Part shown: positions 18,188-25,912 of the stretch, piece by piece | How the letters are laid out: each line of letters begins with the position of its first letter | How positions within the stretch are numbered: the stretch's first letter is position 1 | Source of the DNA: Candidatus Methanoperedens sp. | GTDB taxonomy: Archaea > Halobacteriota > Methanosarcinia > Methanosarcinales > Methanoperedenaceae | Assembly (NCBI GenBank): GCA_041494705.1 | Contig: JBGQBI010000003.1 | Coordinates: 180,001 to 212,000 of the forward strand | Reading direction: 5' to 3' | Length of the DNA: 32,000 bases | The notes under the pieces: generated by a model | What the model was told of the DNA's origin: nothing | Seen by the model: only the letters and a program-made list of their open reading frames with translations | Database searches by the model: none | Translations under genes and position numbers: made by a program

Positions 18188-18264
18188 CCGAGTCACGCCT
18201 CGGAAGGGCGTGTCCGGGTATGGCGTGCCATACCCGTCGTTTGATAAACCTTTCTCAAAGGTTT
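18188..18264 (-). repeat. 77-nt three-hairpin repeat element, copy 2 (3 nt upstream of the tRNA-Leu 5' end)
   Basis: Reverse complement of 140-216 with 4 substitutions, all in the predicted loops. It has the same orientation relative to the downstream gene as copy 1. Confidence 0.85.
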
Positions 18265-18328
18265 AATGGAATATCTCTTATAGCAGAGCCTTACCATATA
18301 AATAATGCCCTGATAAGAGATTTTTTCT

Positions 18329-19114
18329 TCAAAGGGTATTAAGTATCTCACCTAATTGTTCGGCTCTCTTCCTGATACTGCCTGCAGCCTCAAGAGCAAG
18401 TTCAGCCGCTGTGAGGGCGCCAGTTGTTTCAAACGCCATTACAAATGAATCAGGGTCAGAACTTACCTTAATTGAATCCATATCACATGCTTTTTCGCAT
18501 AACTTGCACATTGAACATTCGATAATGTCTACAATTTTTACCTTGTTACCTTCCATTTTCAAGATATTACGGGGACATACTTCTATGCATTTGCCGCAAT
18601 AATCGCAGTTTCCGATTGTTATCACGGGCATATTCTTGAACCCGCTTGCAACGCCGGCCTGCCATTTACTGTGATTCCTGCCGGTTCCAAGCCTTGCTAT
18701 TGCTTCCACTACGACCTTATGTTTCTCCTTAAGCTCGATAATGGGTACTGTCGCATCAGCCGGGCGCACCTCCGGGTCTGTGGAAACCATATCGCCTGAA
18801 TACACAACCTTGGGACCTTCGGCGCTCAGGGTCAAAGAAACCTGGCATAACGTGCAGCCGGCGCCTTTGCAGGAACACTCCTCACGAAGAGTATATGATT
18901 TCGTATCAGTTTTCAGGGGAATCAAACCCAATCTCAAAGAGAGCTGTTCATCAAAAAGGACAGAGGTATTTTCATAGATATTAACATCATCAATAGCCAG
19001 TACCGGGACTTCCGCAAGGACGCTCCTTCGGAATGCGTTGGCAAAAGATGTAGAGACGCCAGATAAAATAAATCTGGCTTTGCGTTCTGACAATTCTATT
19101 ATGTCAATATCCAT
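18329..19114 (-). CDS. rpoD: DNA-directed RNA polymerase subunit D (Rpo3) with ferredoxin-like Fe-S domain
   Basis: N-terminal IDIIELSERKARFILSG..FANAFRR. Two cluster motifs, CDYCGKCIEVCP and CSMCKLCEKAC. Start placed at ATG 19114, directly after the rps11 stop. Confidence 0.9.
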   Translation of the reverse strand: MDIDIIELSERKARFILSGVSTSFANAFRRSVLAEVPVLAIDDVNIYENTSVLFDEQLSLRLGLIPLKTDTKSYTLREECSCKGAGCTLCQVSLTLSAEGPKVVYSGDMVSTDPEVRPADATVPIIELKEKHKVVVEAIARLGTGRNHSKWQAGVASGFKNMPVITIGNCDYCGKCIEVCPRNILKMEGNKVKIVDIIECSMCKLCEKACDMDSIKVSSDPDSFVMAFETTGALTAAELALEAAGSIRKRAEQLGEILNTL

Positions 19115-19115
19115 C

Positions 19116-19496
19116 TTACACGCGCCTGCCTTTCTTAGGTTTTGTGCCGTCATGCGGGATTGGAGTCACATCTTCTATGCGTCCTATCTTTATGCCGGCA
19201 CGGGCAAAAGCACGAATTGCAGCCTGCGCGCCGGGTCCGGGGCTTCTCTGCATGTTGCCGCCGGGCGCCCGTACCTTTATATGAATACCGGTGACGCCTT
19301 TATCGCGTATTTTGTCAGCGAGCTGGTTTGCCATTTGCATTGCAGTATAGGGGGAACTTTCCTCCCTGTCCGCTTTGGTGACCATACCGCCGCTGCTTTT
19401 AGCTATTGTCTCAGCGCCTGTTAAATCAGTGATAGTTATCAGGGTATTATTAAACGAGGAATAGATATGTGCTACACCCCATTTCTCTGTTGCCAT
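19116..19496 (-). CDS. rps11: 30S ribosomal protein S11 (uS11)
   Basis: 126 aa with [18 protein letters not shown] and [15 protein letters not shown] blocks. Confidence 0.95.
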   Translation of the reverse strand: MATEKWGVAHIYSSFNNTLITITDLTGAETIAKSSGGMVTKADREESSPYTAMQMANQLADKIRDKGVTGIHIKVRAPGGNMQRSPGPGAQAAIRAFARAGIKIGRIEDVTPIPHDGTKPKKGRRV

Positions 19497-19498
19497 TG

Positions 19499-20104
19499 TT
19501 AAGCCTCCATTTTGGGTTCATTTTTTGTTTCAACAGTTTCAGGTTTTGTTGTTTCATGCGCAATGGCCTTTCCAACCTGTCCCGGTCTTGACGCATGCGA
19601 TTCGTTTGATAATGCTGAACCGCCATAATAGTCCAGGAGCAGCTCCTCATTCGAGGGCACTATATAACCCGGGATAGTGACCTTCCTGCCCCCGACCGAG
19701 ATATGCCCGTGCACAATGAACTGCCGTGCCTGTTTTACTGTATTGGCAAATCCCTGTTTGTGAACCTGGGTCTGAAGTCTTCTCTCAAGGAAATTAGTCA
19801 CTTCAAGAGAAAGAATATCATCAAGTCCGGCATCGGTTTTCAAAAGACCGTACCGCTTCAGCCTGTTAAGGATGTTCTCTGAATCGGTTTTTATATGACC
19901 TTTCAATTGCCCTTTTGCGCTCTCTGCAAGCAGTTTTCTTGCCAGTTCCCTGTATTTTTTAAGAGAGCTGTGGGCTTTCCAGACCTCTCTTTTATTTCTC
20001 AGGCCATACCTCTTTACAAGTTCGACCTCGGGCTCTATTCTGGCAGCCTGCCAGGGATGTTTTGGAGTTTCATACGATTTGCGGTTTTTTCCAGGGTAGC
20101 CCAT
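19499..20104 (-). CDS. rps4: 30S ribosomal protein S4 (uS4)
   Basis: 201 aa with [23 protein letters not shown] and [10 protein letters not shown] blocks, plus a ~35-aa non-conserved C-terminal tail. Confidence 0.95.
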   Translation of the reverse strand: MGYPGKNRKSYETPKHPWQAARIEPEVELVKRYGLRNKREVWKAHSSLKKYRELARKLLAESAKGQLKGHIKTDSENILNRLKRYGLLKTDAGLDDILSLEVTNFLERRLQTQVHKQGFANTVKQARQFIVHGHISVGGRKVTIPGYIVPSNEELLLDYYGGSALSNESHASRPGQVGKAIAHETTKPETVETKNEPKMEA

Positions 20105-20850
20105 TATTTACCAACTCCTTTTGGTTCTTCTTTCTTTTCTCCTTCTTTGGCTGCTGCAGCTTTTGCCTGGATTGCTGCCCTTGTGACTCCTACAGTCCTG
20201 CCTTTCCTGCCTGTTGACCTGGTGCGCTGACCGCGTACCCGAAGACCTTTATCATGTCTTACTCCCTTGTATGAACGCATCTTCTTCATCAGGTTCAAAT
20301 CTTCATTAAGGCCCAGCATAACGTCTATTCCGATAAGATGCCTGTCTTCGCCTGACATTATGTCGTTTTGCTTGTTGACCATCCATGTTGGAACAATAGT
20401 AGTTATGTTATCTACAGATGATTGTAATTTTTCCAGTTCGGCGTCCTTGAGATATCCGATTGTTGCTTTCGGGTCAAGTCCTGCATTGGTAGAAATGATC
20501 TTTGCGGTTCTCCTGCTGATGCCCTTTATCCCCGTGAGCGCATACTGGACGCTTCTTTTTCCCTCAAGGTCACTGTTGGCGATGCGCACGATGTGCCTTA
20601 TCTCAGGTTCGCCTTCTTTTGCTTTGGGAACTTCCTTTTTCCCCTCTTTTGGAGCGCCTTTCCGTTCTTTTTTATGGTGCTCTTTTCCTTCGCCTTCACC
20701 CTCGTGCTTTTCGTGCTTCTTTTCTTCTTTTTTCTCTTTCTTTGCTTCTTTGGGCACTTCTGCTTTAGGTGCTTCTTTCTTGGGAGCCTCTTTCTTTGGG
20801 GCTTCCTTCTTTGTTTCTTTTACTTCTTTTGCTTCTTCTTTTTTAGCCAT
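20104..20850 (-). CDS. rps13: 30S ribosomal protein S13 (uS13) with ~85-aa Lys/Glu-rich N-terminal extension
   Basis: The core [28 protein letters not shown] ... [22 protein letters not shown] is uS13. The only in-frame ATG is 85 codons upstream and is preceded by GGAGG. Confidence 0.9.
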   Translation of the reverse strand: MAKKEEAKEVKETKKEAPKKEAPKKEAPKAEVPKEAKKEKKEEKKHEKHEGEGEGKEHHKKERKGAPKEGKKEVPKAKEGEPEIRHIVRIANSDLEGKRSVQYALTGIKGISRRTAKIISTNAGLDPKATIGYLKDAELEKLQSSVDNITTIVPTWMVNKQNDIMSGEDRHLIGIDVMLGLNEDLNLMKKMRSYKGVRHDKGLRVRGQRTRSTGRKGRTVGVTRAAIQAKAAAAKEGEKKEEPKGVGK

Positions 20851-20963
20851 CTGATTCCTCCTGTGGCTTTAGCCCCGGAATTATCCGGCGCAGCCCTCAC
20901 ATAATGGGCAGGGCTAATAGTGGGGCATAGCATTTATATTTTATGTATGTGTGATGTGTAACA

Positions 20964-21686
20964 ATGTTCCGCATAATCCCCGCCATCGACCTCAAAAACA
21001 AAAAATGCGTCTCCTTAGTGCAGGGTATCCCCGGAACCGAGCGCGTGTCGCTTGACGACCCGCTTGCTGTTGCGGTGCGCTGGATTGGTGAAGGCGCAAA
21101 TATTCTGCATCTCATCGACCTTGACGGCGCAATCGGGGGACAGAGGTTAAACAGTTCCATAATCGAATCAATAATTAAAAAATTCAAGGTCGAAACGCAG
21201 GTGGGAGGCGGCATCAGGTCAAAAGATGATGCCATAGGGCTTCTCAATCTTGGCGTGAATCGGATAATTCTCGGTACGGCTGCCATAAACAATCCTTCGC
21301 TCGTAGAAGAACTCGCCCTCGAATTCGGAAGCGAGCGCATCATGGTTGCCCTTGATTCCAAAAACGGCAGGGTAACCACTCATGGCTGGGCAAAGCAGTC
21401 GGTTTACACCCCAGTTTCGCTTGGCAGGAAATTTGAGGAACTCGGAGCAGGGAGCATCCTTTTCACCGATATCGATACAGAAGGATTGCTGAATGGAGTA
21501 AACCCGGAGCCGACACGGGAACTTGCACAGGCGCTTGGCATACCTGTAATAGCTTCAGGCGGTATCACCACGCTTTCGGATATTGAAGAAATAAAAAAAA
21601 CAGGAGCAAACGGGGTTGTGGTTGGAGCAGCGCTGTATGTAGGGAATTTTAAACTGCGTGAGGCTCTTGAATTAGAGGAAAAATAG
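20964..21686 (+). CDS. hisA: ProFAR isomerase HisA
   Basis: 240 aa with IPAIDLKNKKCVSLVQG, VGGGIRS, TDIDTEG and IASGGI blocks. Confidence 0.92.
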   Translation: MFRIIPAIDLKNKKCVSLVQGIPGTERVSLDDPLAVAVRWIGEGANILHLIDLDGAIGGQRLNSSIIESIIKKFKVETQVGGGIRSKDDAIGLLNLGVNRIILGTAAINNPSLVEELALEFGSERIMVALDSKNGRVTTHGWAKQSVYTPVSLGRKFEELGAGSILFTDIDTEGLLNGVNPEPTRELAQALGIPVIASGGITTLSDIEEIKKTGANGVVVGAALYVGNFKLREALELEEK

Positions 21687-22092
21687 CGGTTTGATTGTGA
21701 ACAGGATGCCGGTGTTGCGGCAGCACCCGGATTATATAGGGGATGAACATTAACCGCTGGCCCGGTCAATCCGCCGCACATGCATGGCTTCGCCATGCGT
21801 GGACAAACTTTTTTAATTTTTCTCTGCGCCCTCTGCGTTCTCTGTGGTTTTTCAAAAATGATTTCAAGAAATGATTACTTTCACTCCGCTCTTGGCTCGC
21901 GCATATATCACTGTCTGAACTATTACCATTTTGAGGTGATTCAAATGGATTTATTCTGGAGCGGTCTTGCAAGGCGTGCAGCCGAACATACAAGGGTTGA
22001 AAGGCGAAGCCAGTTCAGCAAAGTGCATGAAATCGCCATCAAAGAACTTGAAATCAAGAACCATGCGGATGCAATTTAGAACAGGTTATAAG

Positions 22093-23433
22093 CTACATTC
22101 TTCCTTTCAACCTTGAAACGCCCTGCCTCACTTTGAGGAGCAATTTATCAGGCACGCATTCAAGGAACGCAGGAGACAGACAAACTGCGCGTATCATTGC
22201 CTGGGCTGCCCTTTCAAAACTATTCTGTGCATAATAGACAAGCCCCATTCCGAGGTAGGCTTCTGGAAATTCAGGGTCAAGCAGCAGCGCCTCCTGGAAC
22301 TCCCGGATTGCGTCTTCGTGCCTGCCCGCTTCCGCATAAGCGTTGCCAAGATTGTTATGGGCAGGGGCATAATCAGGATTAATCCGAAGCGCCTCCTTGA
22401 ATTCCTGTATTGCCTCTTCATTTCTTTTTTGAAGCGCATAGATATTGCCAAGGTTATTATGCGCGATTGCAAGCTCCGGATTTATCCTGAGCGCTTCCTG
22501 AAGTTCTCCGGCTGCCTCTTCGTATCTGCCTGAGCGGGCATAGATATTGCCAAGGTTGCAATGCGCCTCGGTATAATCGGGATTAAGCTTCAGCGCTTCT
22601 TTCAGTTCATTTACCGCTTCCTCATGCCTTCCCATCCTGTCATAAGTTACACCAAGGTTATTGTGAACTTCAATATAATAAGGATTAAGCCTGAGAGCTT
22701 CTTTGAGTTCCCTTATTGCTTCCTCATATTTTCCTATCCTGTCGTAAGCAAGACCGAGATTATTATGGATATTGTGGCTTAAGCCGATGCCTGAAGCAAG
22801 CTTGAAAGACTGGTAATACCCGGTCAATAGCTCAACGGTTTCCCCGTCCAATCCATCCGTATTCAGCAGTTGGTAATAATTTCCTTTCCGTTCGTATTTC
22901 CGGGCATCTATTTCTTTTATCGAGTCAATGCTGAAATCCACGAAAATGAGCGAATCGAAAGAGTTACCCTTTATCACAAGGAAAACATGCGGACCCGCAT
23001 TGGCTGCCTTCACTTTGGAGACAATGGAGCTTAAGAGGATATAGCCAAGCTGGGTGATAGCAGCGCAGGATGCAAGGAGTTCCTTTTCCTCCGATTTTTC
23101 TTTTTCAGGGATATCGGCATTATCAAGAAGGAAAAAGATATCCTCATTTGCAAGATTAAGCCCATTGACCAGTTGCATTATCAGGCGCGTCGGGGCATCG
23201 GGACGGTAGTAGCCCTTATTTTCCAGGCGAAGCATCAGGTCTTTCAGGGAATTTATCAATCCGGCGGTGTCCTTTGCAACTATGGCGGTGTCAGCGGTTT
23301 GTTTTATCTTTTCAAATTCTATATCTTCGAATAACGTGTAAAGTTCTTTGAGTATTTCCTCTATGTAGTTTTCGTTGTAACCGAGGTGTGTGAGGCTATC
23401 TTTGAGATAGGGAAATGTGTTTTCAATGGTCAT
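22093..23433 (-). CDS. TPR-repeat protein with unknown N-terminal domain
   Basis: 446 aa. The C-terminal half holds about 6-7 tandem 34-aa TPR units (NNLG.AY...G.YEEAI.E.KEAL.(L/I)NP). Confidence 0.85.
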   Translation of the reverse strand: MTIENTFPYLKDSLTHLGYNENYIEEILKELYTLFEDIEFEKIKQTADTAIVAKDTAGLINSLKDLMLRLENKGYYRPDAPTRLIMQLVNGLNLANEDIFFLLDNADIPEKEKSEEKELLASCAAITQLGYILLSSIVSKVKAANAGPHVFLVIKGNSFDSLIFVDFSIDSIKEIDARKYERKGNYYQLLNTDGLDGETVELLTGYYQSFKLASGIGLSHNIHNNLGLAYDRIGKYEEAIRELKEALRLNPYYIEVHNNLGVTYDRMGRHEEAVNELKEALKLNPDYTEAHCNLGNIYARSGRYEEAAGELQEALRINPELAIAHNNLGNIYALQKRNEEAIQEFKEALRINPDYAPAHNNLGNAYAEAGRHEDAIREFQEALLLDPEFPEAYLGMGLVYYAQNSFERAAQAMIRAVCLSPAFLECVPDKLLLKVRQGVSRLKGRM

Positions 23434-23623
23434 TTTTTTACTATCCGTTGCATTTATCGGTTATAAAGTATTGTGTTGATATGTTAATAACAAGATTGTC
23501 TGGCAACTCAGACTGAAAGGCATAACCACATCGCTGAGGGTTCAGCTAACATATTTATTCAAAGCTAAAGGCTTAATCAGAAATAAAAGCTATGACGAAG
23601 CATCAATTAAATCAGGACTGACA

Positions 23624-24085
23624 ATGCCGGAATCAATTGATATTATTTTTTCGCGTTTGCTTGATAGTTATATCGAAATAGGATATAATAAAAAACTGCG
23701 CTCCATCAGATTTACCGGGTCGGGCAATCTAAAAGAAAAAAAGACGCATGAAGCCACTTTTGAATTAGTTCGATATTTTGAAGGTGAGAAAATAGATTTT
23801 TCATCCGAGGTCGATTTATCTTCTCTATCACCTTTTACCAGGAAAGTGCTTAACGAGACAAGAAAAATCAGGTATGGAACAACAATCACATATTCCGAAC
23901 TTGCAAGGAATATCGGCAGCACCGCTGTTCGCGCAGTAGGCGGGGCGCTTGCAAGAAACCCAATTCCGATTATCATTCCATGTCACAGGGTGGTTGCAAA
24001 AAACGGAATTGGCGGGTATTCAGCAGGCATTGGTATAAAAACCAGATTGCTGGAACTTGAAAAAACCAAAGCCAATAACCTTTAA
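23624..24085 (+). CDS. ogt: Methylated-DNA--protein-cysteine methyltransferase
   Basis: 153 aa with active-site IPCHRVV, preceded by YSELA..IG..AVRAVGGALARNP. Confidence 0.92.
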   Translation: MPESIDIIFSRLLDSYIEIGYNKKLRSIRFTGSGNLKEKKTHEATFELVRYFEGEKIDFSSEVDLSSLSPFTRKVLNETRKIRYGTTITYSELARNIGSTAVRAVGGALARNPIPIIIPCHRVVAKNGIGGYSAGIGIKTRLLELEKTKANNL

Positions 24086-24112
24086 TAGGTTACAAATGAA
24101 TGTTGAGCCAGA

Positions 24113-24184
24113 GCCCCGATGGGGTAGCGGATATCCTTTGAGATTGCGGATCTTAAGACCTGGGTTCAAGTCCCAGTCGGGGCG
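24113..24184 (+). tRNA. tRNA-Arg (anticodon GCG)
   Basis: Hand fold: acceptor GCCCCGA/TCGGGGC, anticodon stem TGAGA/TCTTA with loop TTGCGGA, T-arm CTGGG TTCAAGT CCCAG, discriminator G. Confidence 0.85.
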
Positions 24185-24439
24185 CTTAATAATCGTAAAA
24201 TCCCGTCGATATATTTAATACCTAATATATCTTAAAGCTATTGTTTTAAGGCTACTGACAATGGTTTTAATATCAATGAAAAGAGCATATTTATAAGAGC
24301 AAATCTTATAATATTCGATAATCAACGAAAAGCCTTTCGACAGTTCTTGGCTTTACGATTTCACTTTTATAAAAATCCTATGCTTTGCGAAGTTTGAAAA
24401 TTCGATATGCTGCATTGTTGTGGTGAAAAACTCACCACC

Positions 24440-24706
24440 CATTTATACAACCTACTAGTCCCGCTCACGCCAGCCTGTGGTCACCTGCGCCACGCTGCCG
24501 GCGCTTCGCTTCATCCGGCAGCGTGTGAAGCCTCCTAGAACGCTCCGCAAGGACGTCCTTAACAGTCGTTTGACGACGTTATCAAGATTGCCCCTTACTG
24601 CGGTAAGTGGCTGGGTACGAAGTGGTAGTGCGCCCTACAGCGCTAGAATATCCCTCCGGGACGTTCTTAGTATCGCGCTTGAAGGATGTGGGTGTTTTTT
24701 TACCCA
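24440..24706 (+). ncRNA. GC-rich structured block, candidate ncRNA (strand tentative)
   Basis: Strongly GC-rich inside AT-rich DNA. Perfect 11-bp stem cacgctgccgg/ccggcagcgtg (24490-24500/24514-24524). Long-range helix ctagaacgctcc (24534-24545) with ggacgttcttag (24658-24669). Hairpins at 24564-24576, 24593-24606 and 24629-24642. Terminal hairpin gtgggt-gTTTTTTT-acccac (24687-24706). TATA-like catttataca at 24438-24447. The overlapping 142-aa ORF is not protein-like. Confidence 0.4.
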
Positions 24707-24854
24707 CAACGTTAGAAAAACCGACAATTTTTATTCTTTTAATTTTTGTACATTGTATATTATTGTTGTATGTTTATCTATTTCAGTGATCCATTTAATA
24801 GTTTTTAATAAAAGTCCTTGCGCAATTATTATAGCAGTAATTAAACAGGGGCAA

Positions 24855-24977
24855 AATGCCCCTTTACAAACTGCTACAACAATCCTCTTTTATATTCTAA
24901 TCTAAACCCGAACTCCTCATATCAGAACGCGCGCCGCTTGTTAGCGTGCCCTCCGGGATACTTAACTTATAGCTTTT
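24855..24977 (+). ncRNA. Candidate small RNA gene A (paralog of B)
   Basis: The conserved box aattattatagcag (24824-24837) lies 31 nt upstream of the conserved 34-nt core aatgcccctttacaaactgctacaacaatcctct (24855-24888). A GC-rich 3' segment follows (..gccctccggga..), then a TTTT run at 24974-24977. Confidence 0.4.
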
Positions 24978-25119
24978 CTAAAATGCCTGGCAAAAATAGC
25001 TCTGTTCCTTTTGGTTTGTATAAATTTAAAGTTGACTTTATCCAAGGAGCCACTTTGTAAATACCTCTTTTACGAACCCCGATATCATCCTCGATGCATT
25101 CCAATAATCCTTTTTTCAT
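24967..25119 (-). CDS. Hypothetical 50-aa protein (hand-translated)
   Basis: MKKGLLECIEDDIGVRKRGIYKVAPWIKSTLNLYKPKGTELFLPGILEKL. The TATA box atataaaaacc (25147-25157, + coordinates) lies ~30 nt upstream of the ATG. The composition is not that of a typical shadow ORF. Confidence 0.4.
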   Translation of the reverse strand: MKKGLLECIEDDIGVRKRGIYKVAPWIKSTLNLYKPKGTELFLPGILEKL

Positions 25120-25146
25120 CAAGAAAACTCGTTATTGTACATTTGT

Positions 25147-25183
25147 ATATAAAAACCTGGTCAATTTATCCTATTTGGGATAA
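25147..25183 (-). promoter_or_regulatory. Promoter (TATA) plus upstream palindrome for the 50-aa ORF
   Basis: The 11-mer atataaaaacc is identical to the one upstream of the spike-like gene (30518-30528). The palindrome ttatcc-N6-ggataa (25166-25183) lies just upstream on the transcribed strand. Confidence 0.45.
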
Positions 25184-25389
25184 GATTTTGTTGTTTTTGG
25201 ATAATATAAGAGCTAGATAACTCCCTGTTCCAGCTACACCAGGATAGTCAATTCATCCTTCGCTTATCGATGTACATTTAGACAATTATTAAAGCACTAA
25301 ATTTACCAAGGGTTGCTAACCGAAAGATTACTTTCGCTTTGACACTTCCAGCACTAAAAATCATTATTAATCGTTATGTTATACGATAT

Positions 25390-25569
25390 CTATTTGTTTT
25401 CAAGTGTAGTTATGCGCCGTTCTTGGGTTTTAAGTTCAACCTTTATCTCTTTCACATCATCAATAACATTGTCCAGCTTTTGAAGTATTCTTCCAGCTTT
25501 AAGGCTAATACCTACAATTGTTACCACTACACCAAAAATAGGAATCAGGTCAAAAGAGGTTAAAGTCAA
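25390..25569 (-). CDS. Hypothetical 59-aa membrane/coiled-coil protein (hand-translated, TTG start)
   Basis: MTLTSFDLIPIFGVVVTIVGISLKAGRILQKLDNVIDDVKEIKVELKTQERRITTLENK. One TM helix plus an amphipathic helix. Its start overlaps the stop of the upstream 37-aa ORF (TTGA). Confidence 0.35.
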   Translation of the reverse strand: MTLTSFDLIPIFGVVVTIVGISLKAGRILQKLDNVIDDVKEIKVELKTQERRITTLENK

Positions 25570-25679
25570 GGTATCTTCCCAACAAGCTTACCAATTATCC
25601 AAAATAGAACAATCGCTATGCCTAACCATATCAAGATATCTGTATAATCGAAATTACGATGTTTTTCTATTGTGGCCAT
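25566..25679 (-). CDS. Hypothetical 37-aa single-TM peptide (hand-translated)
   Basis: MATIEKHRNFDYTDILIWLGIAIVLFWIIGKLVGKIP. A polar N-terminus is followed by one TM helix and a basic end. Confidence 0.35.
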   Translation of the reverse strand: MATIEKHRNFDYTDILIWLGIAIVLFWIIGKLVGKIP

Positions 25680-25765
25680 AATCTATACTTGAATTTCATG
25701 CTATTTAACTTTTAGTTTCTTTGGTTAATTTGGGAAATTATTATAACAGCTTTCTACCAGGAACA

Positions 25766-25878
25766 GAATGCCCCTTTACGAGCTGCTACAAAAATCCTCT
25801 CCAGTACATCAATTAGATCAGCTACAGCTTTTCAAACTATCAATTGCGCTGCCTTCAGGCAGCCCTTCGGGAAGTTTT
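25766..25878 (+). ncRNA. Candidate small RNA gene B (paralog of A)
   Basis: Box aattattataacag (25735-25748) sits at the same 31-nt distance from the core aatgcccctttacgagctgctacaaaaatcctct (25766-25799; 31/34 identical to A). The 3' hairpin gctgcc/ggcagc (25847-25862) is followed by ccc-ttc-ggg and TTTTT (25874-25878). Confidence 0.45.
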
Positions 25879-25912
25879 TACAAAAAAAGTATTATATTGG
25901 TATATGTTATAA

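Noticed and set aside
18115-18342. 75-aa plus-strand ORF.
   Set aside because: It overlaps tRNA-Leu and the 77-nt repeat.
20267-20904. Plus-strand ORFs of 195 aa and 103 aa, rich in F/S/L.
   Set aside because: They are the antisense translation of the Lys/Glu-rich repeat region of rps13.
20897-21379. 160-aa minus-strand ORF.
   Set aside because: It is antisense to hisA, which has canonical motifs.
24477-24905. 142-aa plus-strand ORF (and the 60-aa ORF at 24607-24789).
   Set aside because: It spans the GC-rich hairpin block and sRNA candidate A. It reads as an R/L/S/T-rich nonsense-like sequence and has no start context.
25011-25563. Plus-strand ORFs 25011-25220 and 25339-25563.
   Set aside because: Their composition is implausible (Cys/Tyr/Ile-rich strings). 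The opposite strand carries small ORFs with TATA boxes and coupled junctions.
24440-25880. Integron-like cassette array: three same-orientation structured repeats separating small ORFs, with AAC/GTT at 24708-24713.
   Set aside because: The repeats are too long or too heterogeneous for attC sites. The R'/R'' boxes do not fit GTTRRRY/RYYYAAC. The intervening ORFs have their own promoters, and the recombinase is 5 kb away. This could still be tested with attC covariance models.
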